From NCBI GenBank assembly GCA_039810425.1, contig JBDHWW010000067.1, positions 1 through 14,671 of the forward strand: DNA of 14,671 bases, read 5' to 3'. A program made the position numbers and the translations under genes. This stretch comes from Pseudobdellovibrionaceae bacterium (GTDB lineage Bacteria > Bdellovibrionota > Bdellovibrionia > Bdellovibrionales > Bdellovibrionaceae). Positions 6,951 to 14,671 of this stretch are shown here, one piece after another. Positions within the stretch are counted from its first letter, which is position 1. Each line of letters starts with the position of its first letter. A model generated the notes under the pieces. It was not told where the DNA came from and ran no database searches. It saw only the letters and a program-made list of their open reading frames with translations.

Positions 6951-8255
6951 CTAGACTTCGAGCAAGAGGCGCTCTGGGTCTTCGACGTTCTCTTTGATGC
7001 GAACGAGAAAGCTCACGGCTTCTTTGCCGTCGATAATTCTGTGGTCGTAAGTCAGGGCCACGTACATCATCGGACGAACCTCCACTTTGCCGTTGACCGC
7101 AACAGGGCGGTCTTGGATTTTATGTAAGCCCAGGATCGCACTCTGAGGAGCATTCAAGATCGGAGTCGACATTAAAGAGCCGAACACTCCACCGTTGGTG
7201 ATTGAGAATGTGCCGCCATTGAGATCGTCAATAGAGATCTTGCCATCACGGCCTTTGGCCGCCAAATCCCGGATCGCCAACTCAACACCGGCAAGTGACA
7301 AATTATCAGCGTCTTTAATATTAGGAACCATCAAGCCTTTTTCGGTCGAGACTGCGATGCCGATATTGTAGTAGTTATGGAATTCAATATCGCCGCCCGT
7401 GATCCAGGCATTCACCGCGGGAAATTCTTTGAGTGCCTCAACAGCCGCTTTCACGAAGAAACCATTGAAGCCCAAGTTCACGCCGTATTTTTCTTTGAAT
7501 TTGTCTTTGTACTTCGCGCGAAGCTCCGTTGCTTTAGACATATCGATTTCGTTGAAAGTTGTCAGCAGAGCAGCTGTGTGCTGAGCTTGAACCAACTTTT
7601 CAGCGATACGTTTACGGATTGTTGTCATTGGAACCAACTTCTTGTCGCCTTGTTTGGAAGGGCCGCGAGGAGTTGGAACCACCGTCGGAGCGGAAGGGGC
7701 TTTCATACGCTCCTGCGCCGGAGGTGGAGGCGCGGAAGCGACGGAGCCGGACTGAGCCGCGCTCGCGCCAGGAGAGGCAAACAATACGTCACCTTTCGTA
7801 AGGCGGCCCTCTTTGCCGGTGCCGGCAATCGTCGAAGGATCCAAACCTTTTTCGGTCACGATACGGTTCACGGCTGGAGACAAGTGCTGAGAAGACGCAC
7901 CGGCTGGAGCTTGCGGCGTTGCTGAAGGTGGAGGCGTTGATGGCGGAGCGGCTGGCTTATCGAAAGCCGCAGCGGCTGCCGAAGCGGCCGCGCTCACGTT
8001 CGCGCTTGCCGTTGGTTTGCCATCCGTATCGATGTAACCGACTGTCGCACCGATTTTCACGGTTTGGCCTGCCGGAGTGGCAATGTGCAGAACGCCGTCG
8101 TTTTCGGCTACAACCTCAACGCTGGCCTTGTCGGTCTCGATCATCAGCAAGATTTCATTGCGCTTGACGAACTCGCCGTCTTTTTTAGTCCAGCTACCGA
8201 TGGTCGCTTCGCTGATAGATTCACCAACTGTGGGAATTTTTAAATCGATTTTCAT
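6951..8255 (-). CDS. sucB: 2-oxoglutarate dehydrogenase E2, dihydrolipoyllysine succinyltransferase
   Basis: Lipoyl motif ETDKASVEV, Pro/Ala linker, E3-binding SPAV.R...[13 protein letters not shown] and catalytic DHRIIDG; adjacent to sucA. Confidence 0.97.
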   Translation of the reverse strand: MKIDLKIPTVGESISEATIGSWTKKDGEFVKRNEILLMIETDKASVEVVAENDGVLHIATPAGQTVKIGATVGYIDTDGKPTASANVSAAASAAAAAFDKPAAPPSTPPPSATPQAPAGASSQHLSPAVNRIVTEKGLDPSTIAGTGKEGRLTKGDVLFASPGASAAQSGSVASAPPPPAQERMKAPSAPTVVPTPRGPSKQGDKKLVPMTTIRKRIAEKLVQAQHTAALLTTFNEIDMSKATELRAKYKDKFKEKYGVNLGFNGFFVKAAVEALKEFPAVNAWITGGDIEFHNYYNIGIAVSTEKGLMVPNIKDADNLSLAGVELAIRDLAAKGRDGKISIDDLNGGTFSITNGGVFGSLMSTPILNAPQSAILGLHKIQDRPVAVNGKVEVRPMMYVALTYDHRIIDGKEAVSFLVRIKENVEDPERLLLEV

Positions 8256-8260
8256 TGTTG

Positions 8261-10969
8261 TTACCCCTTAAAGCATCCTTGAATAATTTCGTTTTGTTCA
8301 ACTTGGTGTCTGTAGATAGAGCCTGTCGCTGGCGAAGAACGCTCTGGGCGGCCAACGTATTTGAAATCTATTGTCAGACCTTCTTGTGCCAAGACTTCGA
8401 AGAACTTGAAGTACACGTTCTGGTAAGAGCCCATATTTTTGGGTTCTTCTTGTGACCAGATGAGTGTCGCCAATTTCGGATAAGACTTGAGCACCTCCGC
8501 CACAAGACTTGCCGGGAATGGGTAAACCTGTTCCAAGCGAACCAAAGCGACGTTTTCTTTTTTGTTCTTTTCACGTTCTTCGAGCAAATCATAGTACAGC
8601 TTACCGCTGACAAATACGACCGTGTCTACTTTCGATTTGTCGACTGTGTCAGGAATCACCTCTTGGAACTGGCCGTTTGCCAGATCTTCCAAAGTTGAAA
8701 TCGCTTTTGGATAACGGAGCAATTTCTTAGGACTCATCACGATCAGTGGTTTGCGGAAGTCACGTTTCATTTGGCGGCGAAGCGCATGGAAGATCTGCGC
8801 CGGGGTTGTCAGGTTCACAACCTGCATATTGTTCTGAGCGCAAAGTTGCAAGAATCTTTCCATGCGAGCTGAGCTATGCTCCGGGCCTTGGCCCTCGTAT
8901 CCATGGGGGAGTAAAAGCACCAAGCCGCACATCTGTTGCCATTTCGATTCACCGGAAGTCAGGAATTGATCGATGATGATTTGTGCGCCGTTGGCGAAGT
9001 CACCGAACTGAGCCTCCCACAAAGTCAGGAATGTCGGATCGCAGATCGCGTTTCCGTATTCATAGCCCAGAACCGCGTATTCAGATAAGATGGAGTCATA
9101 GACACAGAACTCCACTTTGTCGCCGTTGATTTGATCAAGGGCGAAGTAAGATTCATTCGTTTTCACATCATACAAACCCGCATGGCGGTGAGTGAACGTG
9201 CCGCGGACACAGTCTTGACCGGTCAAGCGCACGGAAGTGCCTTCCGCCAACAGGGAACCATAAGCCAGCAATTCGCCCATACCCCAATCGATCGGGTCTT
9301 TACCGGCAGCCATGGCTTTGCGACTTTCGAGAAGCTTGATCAATTTTGGATGCGGAGTGAAGTTCGCAGGGTATTCACCCAGCCTCGTGCCGACGTCTTT
9401 CAAAATCTTGATGTCCACTTTCGTGTTCACTGGTTTCAAAAGATCGTCGCCGGACCCTTTGCGCAAGCCTTTCCAGAACCCATCGAATTTGAACGGCTGG
9501 ATTTTAGGCGGATTTTTTTTGGTTTCTTCGTAAATCTTCTGAAGGGCATCCATGCGCTCTTGGAAAGAGTCGTCGTAGAACTTCTGATCGATCACGTTTT
9601 CACGGATCAATTGCTTTCCGTAGATTTCACGGAGAGTCGGGTGTTTCTTGATGATATCGTACATCAAAGGCTGGGTGAATGCGGGTTCGTCCCCTTCGTT
9701 GTGGCCGAATCTGCGGTAACAGATCATGTTCACGACGATATCACGGCCGCTCTCTTGGCGAAAGCGAAGAGCAATATCCATCGCGCGCACGCAACCTTCA
9801 GTGTCGTCACCGTTGACGTGGATCACTGGAGTTGCCAAAACTTTTGCCGTGTCAGAAGCGTAATGAGAAGAACGGCCGTTTTCTGGATTGGTCGTGAAGC
9901 CCACTTGGTTGTCGACCACGATATGGATCGTGCCGCCAACAGTGTAGCCTTTCACCTGGGACATTTGGAAAGTTTCAAGGTTGACGCCTTGGGAAGAGAA
10001 CGCCGCATCCCCGTGAATCAAAACCGGGATGACTGATTTGCGCTCTTTTGTGTCTTTACGACGACGTTGAGCGGCGCGAGCCATCCCCAACACAACGGGG
10101 TTCACCGCTTCCAAGTGGGAAGGATTGAACGCCAAAGTCACTTGGCATTTGCCGTTTGGAGTGTCTTTTTGCGAAACGTAACCCAAGTGGTATTTTACGT
10201 CGCCATCGAAATCCTCGATGGGTGCCGCAAGCTCGGTCGGGCCATTAAAGTCCGCAAAGATATACTCCGTCGCTTTACCCATAAAGTTCGCAAGAACGTT
10301 CACGCGGCCACGATGGGCCATGCCGATCATCACTTCTTGAACTTTCAAGCCAGTCCCGCGTTGAACCAATGTTTCAAGCATGGGCATCATGCCGTCAGCG
10401 CCTTCAATCGAGAAGCGCTTAGTTCCAACGTACCGGGTATGAATGAATTTCTCCAAAGACTCCGTGCGATTCAAAGAAGTGAACGTGGCTTTTTTCTCGT
10501 CGTTCGTGAGTTTGAATTGAGAAGCTTCGAATTCTTTGCTGAACCAGTTGCGAACTTCCGGAAGGGCTTCCGCCACCTGAACGCTGATCTTGCCGCAATA
10601 GCAGGCGCGCAGGTGTGCGATGATCTCACGCAAAGAAGCATTCGGTTTGCCGATGATTTTACCGATCTGGAATTTCTGTTCCAGGTCTTTGTCCGAAAGA
10701 CTGAAGCGGGTTAAAGCCAACTGATCCGATGGGGCGGGGGTGTTTGTGAGTGGATCGAGCTGCGCTTCGAAGTGACCGTAGTTGCGGTAAGCAGTGATCA
10801 AGTGGTAGACATCGAGCTCTTTCTCAGAAAGACCAAGGCTGCCATCTTGAGCGAACTCCAAACCTTGGAAAAAATGCTGCCAGTCTTGGCCAACACTTTC
10901 AGGATTGGATTTGTACTGTTTGTAAAGGTCCTCAATGATTTCTAAATTAGCGCGACTTGCAAGGTTCAC
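8261..10969 (-). CDS. sucA: 2-oxoglutarate dehydrogenase E1
   Basis: [32 protein letters not shown] motif HGDAAF...[20 protein letters not shown] and [16 protein letters not shown]. Start placed at GTG 10969, which has an AAGGA RBS; 902 aa. Confidence 0.97.
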   Translation of the reverse strand: MNLASRANLEIIEDLYKQYKSNPESVGQDWQHFFQGLEFAQDGSLGLSEKELDVYHLITAYRNYGHFEAQLDPLTNTPAPSDQLALTRFSLSDKDLEQKFQIGKIIGKPNASLREIIAHLRACYCGKISVQVAEALPEVRNWFSKEFEASQFKLTNDEKKATFTSLNRTESLEKFIHTRYVGTKRFSIEGADGMMPMLETLVQRGTGLKVQEVMIGMAHRGRVNVLANFMGKATEYIFADFNGPTELAAPIEDFDGDVKYHLGYVSQKDTPNGKCQVTLAFNPSHLEAVNPVVLGMARAAQRRRKDTKERKSVIPVLIHGDAAFSSQGVNLETFQMSQVKGYTVGGTIHIVVDNQVGFTTNPENGRSSHYASDTAKVLATPVIHVNGDDTEGCVRAMDIALRFRQESGRDIVVNMICYRRFGHNEGDEPAFTQPLMYDIIKKHPTLREIYGKQLIRENVIDQKFYDDSFQERMDALQKIYEETKKNPPKIQPFKFDGFWKGLRKGSGDDLLKPVNTKVDIKILKDVGTRLGEYPANFTPHPKLIKLLESRKAMAAGKDPIDWGMGELLAYGSLLAEGTSVRLTGQDCVRGTFTHRHAGLYDVKTNESYFALDQINGDKVEFCVYDSILSEYAVLGYEYGNAICDPTFLTLWEAQFGDFANGAQIIIDQFLTSGESKWQQMCGLVLLLPHGYEGQGPEHSSARMERFLQLCAQNNMQVVNLTTPAQIFHALRRQMKRDFRKPLIVMSPKKLLRYPKAISTLEDLANGQFQEVIPDTVDKSKVDTVVFVSGKLYYDLLEEREKNKKENVALVRLEQVYPFPASLVAEVLKSYPKLATLIWSQEEPKNMGSYQNVYFKFFEVLAQEGLTIDFKYVGRPERSSPATGSIYRHQVEQNEIIQGCFKG

Positions 10970-11218
10970 GGCGGTTCCTTTTGTTGGACGTATTGATGAA
11001 CAATGTTTTTTCAAAATCTTCAGTCGTCGTCACGGACTAATGCGTGGCAAAAACCAAAGCTTTTGATGAACACCGAACCCCCTTATGATAATCCTTTTTC
11101 AGTCAAAGGAGAACCGGTATAACGCTCTGAGGGGACCAAAGATAGAGTCTCTACTCTGGGCAAAGTTTTCCTAAACTTTTAGACCCCTAAACTTTCGGAC
11201 CACGCAAGGGAGATGTGA

Positions 11219-11965
11219 ATGTACAAACTGGTGCTAATTCGCCACGGCGAGAGTCAATGGAACCAAGAAAACCGCTTTACAGGCTGGCAAGACGTAGATC
11301 TTTCTGAAAAAGGTCGAGCTGAAGCACTAAAAGGCGGCAATGCTCTCAAAGAAAAAGGCTTCAAATTCGACGTTGCTTACACCAGCGTGTTGAAGCGCGC
11401 GATTCACACTCTTGATTATGTCCTCAGTCAAGTGGACCAAGTGTGGCTTCCTGTCCACAAGGAATGGCGTCTTAACGAGCGTCACTATGGCGCTCTGCAG
11501 GGCCTAAACAAGGCAGAAACTGCTGCAAAACATGGCGAAGAGCAGGTTAAAATTTGGCGCCGTAGCTATGACACTCCACCTCCACCAATGGATAAAAACG
11601 ATCCTCGTCATCCTTCGCACGATCCACGATACAAAGGTGTTCCAGCGAACGAGCTTCCGAGCGGGGAATCTTTGAAAGACACCGTTGCTCGTTTCTTGCC
11701 ACTCTGGAAAAACACCATCGCTCCTGAAATCAAAGCTGGCAAAAAAGTTCTGATCGTTGCTCACGGAAATTCTCTCCGCGCATTGATGCAGCACTTGGAA
11801 AACATGACCCCTGACGAAATCATGGGTGTCAATATGCCAACAGGCATCCCGATGGTCTACGAACTCGACAAAGACTTCAAAGTTCTCAAAAAAGAGTTCG
11901 TCGGCGATCCAGAAGAAGTCAAAGCGGCGATGGACGCTGTCGCAAACCAAGGGAAAGCTAAGTAA
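11219..11965 (+). CDS. gpmA: 2,3-bisphosphoglycerate-dependent phosphoglycerate mutase
   Basis: [35 protein letters not shown] and [17 protein letters not shown]. Confidence 0.97.
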   Translation: MYKLVLIRHGESQWNQENRFTGWQDVDLSEKGRAEALKGGNALKEKGFKFDVAYTSVLKRAIHTLDYVLSQVDQVWLPVHKEWRLNERHYGALQGLNKAETAAKHGEEQVKIWRRSYDTPPPPMDKNDPRHPSHDPRYKGVPANELPSGESLKDTVARFLPLWKNTIAPEIKAGKKVLIVAHGNSLRALMQHLENMTPDEIMGVNMPTGIPMVYELDKDFKVLKKEFVGDPEEVKAAMDAVANQGKAK

Positions 11966-12309
11966 TGGCTTCCACCTTCGCCTCGGAAAAACAGCGCAAA
12001 CTCTTCGCCGCCGTTGAAAACTGTGGCGAGCTGGTGTTTGCGGCTGGTCCCCGGGGCGCAGTTGCAAATCTCGTCGGCGTTTTCTATGTCCGCACCAACG
12101 AGCGGGGCGATGATCAACTCGATGTCGGTGATGGAGTTCATCACGTGCATCTTGATTGGGCGCGCCTCCAGAGAGTTGAAGCCGGTGAGTTTCACGGAGA
12201 AGGCATGTTGTCCTTCTTCGATGGCAGCGAGTGCCTTTTTAAACTCTACCGTATGGAAGGCGCTTGGCCCGCGGATGTCATCGCACTGACTGGCAATCTT
12301 ATCGAGTAG
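11965..12309 (+). CDS. Hypothetical protein, possible HutX/ChuX/HemS-like fold
   Basis: Translationally coupled to gpmA (TAATG overlap). The pattern GAV..L.G ... HVHLDW..L ... LSFFDG...LFKLY resembles HutX/ChuX. Confidence 0.7.
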   Translation: MASTFASEKQRKLFAAVENCGELVFAAGPRGAVANLVGVFYVRTNERGDDQLDVGDGVHHVHLDWARLQRVEAGEFHGEGMLSFFDGSECLFKLYRMEGAWPADVIALTGNLIE

Positions 12310-12580
12310 GTGATTGCACGGTTCCGCAAGTTCCCACGTACGTCACGGCATAATATTCTACATAGCCGCCATCGCCACCCGCATCTTCACAAGTTGTTGA
12401 AGATGCACTTGTCAGTACCAGTCCCTGTTCTTTACAAGAATTCGCCAGAGAGTCCTGCGCGATCTCAAATGAGGCGCTGTCATTGCATGAAAACGGCACA
12501 CGAGTGTTCGTGTATGAAACCTGAGACGCCCATGTGAAAGCGGGGAACAGGATGAATGTCGTAACTAGTGCTGTTTTCAA
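12299..12580 (-). CDS. Small secreted protein with 4 Cys
   Basis: TTG start at 12580 with an AAGGAG RBS, signal peptide KTALVTTFILFPAFTWA-S, 93 aa, divergent from LysR. Confidence 0.7.
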   Translation of the reverse strand: MKTALVTTFILFPAFTWASQVSYTNTRVPFSCNDSASFEIAQDSLANSCKEQGLVLTSASSTTCEDAGGDGGYVEYYAVTYVGTCGTVQSPTR

Positions 12581-12653
12581 GATCTCTCCTTCGTTTAAAA
12601 CCATCTTAGCTAAAAAATAGGCATAAATAAAGTGACTTATAACTTATATATGG

Positions 12654-12668
12654 GTAACTAATAGTTAC
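12654..12668. promoter_or_regulatory. LysR-type binding box (T-N11-A palindrome)
   Basis: Perfect inverted repeat GTAACTA-a-TAGTTAC; T12655-N11-A12667 in the AT-rich divergent spacer. Confidence 0.75.
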
Positions 12669-12669
12669 T

Positions 12670-13497
12670 ATGAAGCTTGAGAATCTGAACCTAGCCTATC
12701 TAAAGTATTTCATTGATGCGGTTGAGAACAAAAGCCTGACAAGGTCGGCGGAGATCAATCACGTTTCTAGGCCCGCGGTCAGTAAGGCCATTCAGCGTCT
12801 CGAGGACTGGGCGGGGTTTGCTCTCGTGACTCATGAGAAAAAGCTCTTTCAGCTCACAAAAAACGGCGAAAATTTCTATCGCTACGCCAAGAATGCTTTC
12901 GAGCAAATGGAGAATGTCTTTTCTAAGGAAGTCCAAGACTCCGGCAGCATCAAAGTGGGCTGCTCGGCGAGCCTTGCGGATTCGTTTCTGACGCCGGTCT
13001 TGAAAAGCCTCGAGGGGCTGCAGACCGCGAAAATCAAAGTCGGTCCCTCTTTGCGCATTCGCCATCTTTTGCATGAAGATGAAATCCGTCTGGGTCTTGT
13101 GATCGACAATGTCGATGATTCCCGGCTTGAAAGGGAAGTCATTTACAAGGGCCAATTCCTTTTTGCCTCAAAGAGCGGGGAGTTCTCGGATTTGCTGATC
13201 ACCACCGAAGATCGCCCAGAAGTGGCTGCGGCCCGCAGGTATTTGGCGGCAAAGAATAAGAAAATCAAGCGGCATATTGAAGTTGAAAGCTGGACGCTGG
13301 CTTTGAAGCTTGCGCAAACGCTGTCGGGGACCTGTCTTGTGCCGGATTTTATGATTCAGAACACGCTCAAAAAAATATCGACCTCTGGTTTTAAGCACGG
13401 CTGCGAAATTGCTTTGATTCACAAAGGTCGGCAGTTCATGAGCGCGCTGGATACCAAGTGCATGGATCTGAGCAGGGCCTTGGCGAAGGAACTCTAA
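12670..13497 (+). CDS. LysR family transcriptional regulator
   Basis: N-terminal HTH LKYFIDAVENKSLTRSAEINHVSRPAVSKAIQRLE...LTKNGE, followed by an effector domain (GSIKVG); 275 aa. Confidence 0.93.
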   Translation: MKLENLNLAYLKYFIDAVENKSLTRSAEINHVSRPAVSKAIQRLEDWAGFALVTHEKKLFQLTKNGENFYRYAKNAFEQMENVFSKEVQDSGSIKVGCSASLADSFLTPVLKSLEGLQTAKIKVGPSLRIRHLLHEDEIRLGLVIDNVDDSRLEREVIYKGQFLFASKSGEFSDLLITTEDRPEVAAARRYLAAKNKKIKRHIEVESWTLALKLAQTLSGTCLVPDFMIQNTLKKISTSGFKHGCEIALIHKGRQFMSALDTKCMDLSRALAKEL

Positions 13498-13519
13498 CGC
13501 AAAACCAACAAATAGGCGG

Positions 13520-13659
13520 TCGGTCCCTGTTGGCGGGGGTTGTGTTCCCCGGAGGGGCTTTAGCTTGTCTCGATGTGGGATCGGCGCCTGTTACTTCCAT
13601 TGACGGGTGTCGAGCCATTCAACGGCCACCTGGCATTGATAAGAGTCCACAACGACCGA
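13520..13659 (+). ncRNA. Candidate structured ncRNA, possibly 6S RNA
   Basis: Intergenic fold-back: TCGGTC/GACCGA, GTTG/CAAC, GGGCTT/GAGTCC, a ~14x13-nt central bubble, GTGG/CCAC and a 13-bp apical stem (13581-13593/13601-13613) with 4 G-U pairs, favouring the + strand. Confidence 0.5.
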
Positions 13660-13737
13660 GAAACTCCCGTAGATATGGCAGTTGCCGGCATGGTTTATGG
13701 GTTATATTGGAGAGGTGTCACGCACACGGGGGTCATC

Positions 13738-14355
13738 ATGAAATTTGCTTTATATTTTCTGATGTTCTTTGCGGCTTTAGCATCCTACGCTGGTGAAGAT
13801 TTTGATCTTGGGTTGGCCCAGGCCGAGAATCATCCTTACGAGGCCGATGAGTTGGATTCGGCGTTCCAGGACAAGCAGATGAGTGCTCCGGCCGGCAATA
13901 CCGAGAAGGCCAATACGGTTATGAAAATAGAAATGAACCAGGCAGAGCCTTCGCTTTTGACTCCGGATCAAACGATGACGGACGCGGAAAAGCTCGCCTT
14001 GGACAACCAACGCCGTCAGAAGGCCATCCGTAAGGAACTTGCGGATGGTGCCAGCATGGTGAAGTCGTGCATTACCCGCAACAATAGGAACTTCCGGGGA
14101 ACTCATGTAACTTTGCGCTGGATGGTTTCTCCGATGGGTAAAGTTCAAGATGCGAAAATCACTTCGACCGATATTGGCGATCTCGCGATCCGTGATTGTA
14201 TTAAGCGTGCGGCTGCGAACTTTGATTTCAGCGATGCCCGTGGAGACAAGTTTAAAAAATCGGTTGTTGAGTATACCTTCAAATTCACCAACAAGAACAG
14301 TAAGCCACAAAAGACAAGTCGGAATTCTGGGGCCGGTCACACGATTGAAAACTGA
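13738..14355 (+). CDS. Secreted protein with AgmX/PglI-type TonB C-terminal-like domain
   Basis: Signal peptide MKFALYFLMFFAALASYA and C-terminal VKSC...VTLRWMVSPMGKV..AKI....I.D..IRDCI......FDF.......VEYTFKF. Start ATG 13738 after GGGGG; 205 aa. Confidence 0.8.
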   Translation: MKFALYFLMFFAALASYAGEDFDLGLAQAENHPYEADELDSAFQDKQMSAPAGNTEKANTVMKIEMNQAEPSLLTPDQTMTDAEKLALDNQRRQKAIRKELADGASMVKSCITRNNRNFRGTHVTLRWMVSPMGKVQDAKITSTDIGDLAIRDCIKRAAANFDFSDARGDKFKKSVVEYTFKFTNKNSKPQKTSRNSGAGHTIEN

Positions 14356-14597
14356 TCCCTTGCGCTGTTGATATGGAGTCCCAAACACGGCGGATCTGCC
14401 TCCATGCGATGGGCGGGCGGATGCTGGTGCTCGGGCTTGGACGCTAATCTATGTCTGCTTGATGAAAACCGAGTTATGATAAAGCACATAAAAATAGTGA
14501 GGGCCTCGCAGCTATGACTATCCCGAGCGTTTCGTTTTCTTCTTTCTCACCAGCAGCCCACGCCCCTCTAAATCATTGAGTTCATGATAGGCGGCCA
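14348..14597 (-). mobile_element. Defective IS-like element, right copy (block A + transposase C-terminal tail + 3' region + block B)
   Basis: Inverted copies of 298-396 and 768-795 flank a 123-bp interior that differs from that of the left copy. Confidence 0.7.
14449..14499 (-). pseudogene. Extreme C-terminus of the IS1-like transposase (HYFYVLYHNSVFIKQT*)
   Basis: The minus-strand frame directly after block A has a YxxYHN motif matching the terminal YN helix of IS1-family transposases. It continues the left fragment in frame. Confidence 0.55.
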
Positions 14598-14671
14598 CGG
14601 CCCGAAACTGCCTCCCCCAAGACAAAATCTTAGTAAAAGGGCGAAGATCAAAAAGGCCTTTCAGGGACCTT

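Noticed and set aside
7377..10714. Plus-strand ORFs up to 301 aa opposite sucB and sucA
   Set aside because: Antisense shadows produced by codon bias.
10970..11014. Upstream starts given by the ORF track for sucA (11014) and likewise lpdA (2614)
   Set aside because: Downstream starts at 10969 and 2533 have RBSs and match the expected N-termini.
13560..13646. Minus strand resembles a SAM-I riboswitch (CUCUUAUCAA...AGGUGG...AGGCGCCGAUCCC...GAGACAAG)
   Set aside because: P1 would carry an A-C mismatch at a ligand-contacting pair, the kink-turn and P3 binding-pocket motifs are missing, no minus-strand Met/SAM gene follows, and G-U polarity favours the + strand.
13573..13737. 55-aa N-terminal extension of the AgmX-like ORF, and ORF 13458-13796
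   Set aside because: The signal peptide and RBS fit ATG 13738, and the extension overlaps the structured RNA candidate.
298..14597. Active composite transposon
   Set aside because: Neither copy encodes an intact transposase, no target-site duplication is visible outside 298/14597, and the cargo is core metabolism.
1..14671. CRISPR array, tRNA or rRNA
   Set aside because: I saw no regularly spaced repeats, cloverleaf/T-arm signatures or rRNA-like sequence.

Overview
A chromosomal-looking segment, probably from a Bdellovibrionota-like bacterium (inferred from the gene families, not proven). The housekeeping core is 2-oxoglutarate dehydrogenase sucA-sucB (minus strand), with lpdA displaced about 4.4 kb downstream by a block of plus-strand genes: DOMON-like protein, NamZ/DUF1343 muramidase, a secreted protein, Hsp20, a COG1926 phosphoribosyltransferase and DUF3147. 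Further right are gpmA coupled to a HutX/ChuX-like gene, a LysR regulator divergent from a small secreted Cys protein, a candidate 6S-like structured ncRNA and a secreted AgmX/PglI (TonB-C-like) protein. The most unusual structure is at the two ends. Two inverted, internally different copies of one IS-like element (298-795 + and 14348-14597 -) share a 99-bp block (92/99 identical) and a 28-bp block (27/28). Their internal IS1-like transposase fragments join in frame at a TCA overlap, as expected if the ~13.7 kb between them had been inverted. A truncated Y1/RAYT-like gene and REP-like palindromes lie at the left edge. All family assignments come from motif recognition by eye.
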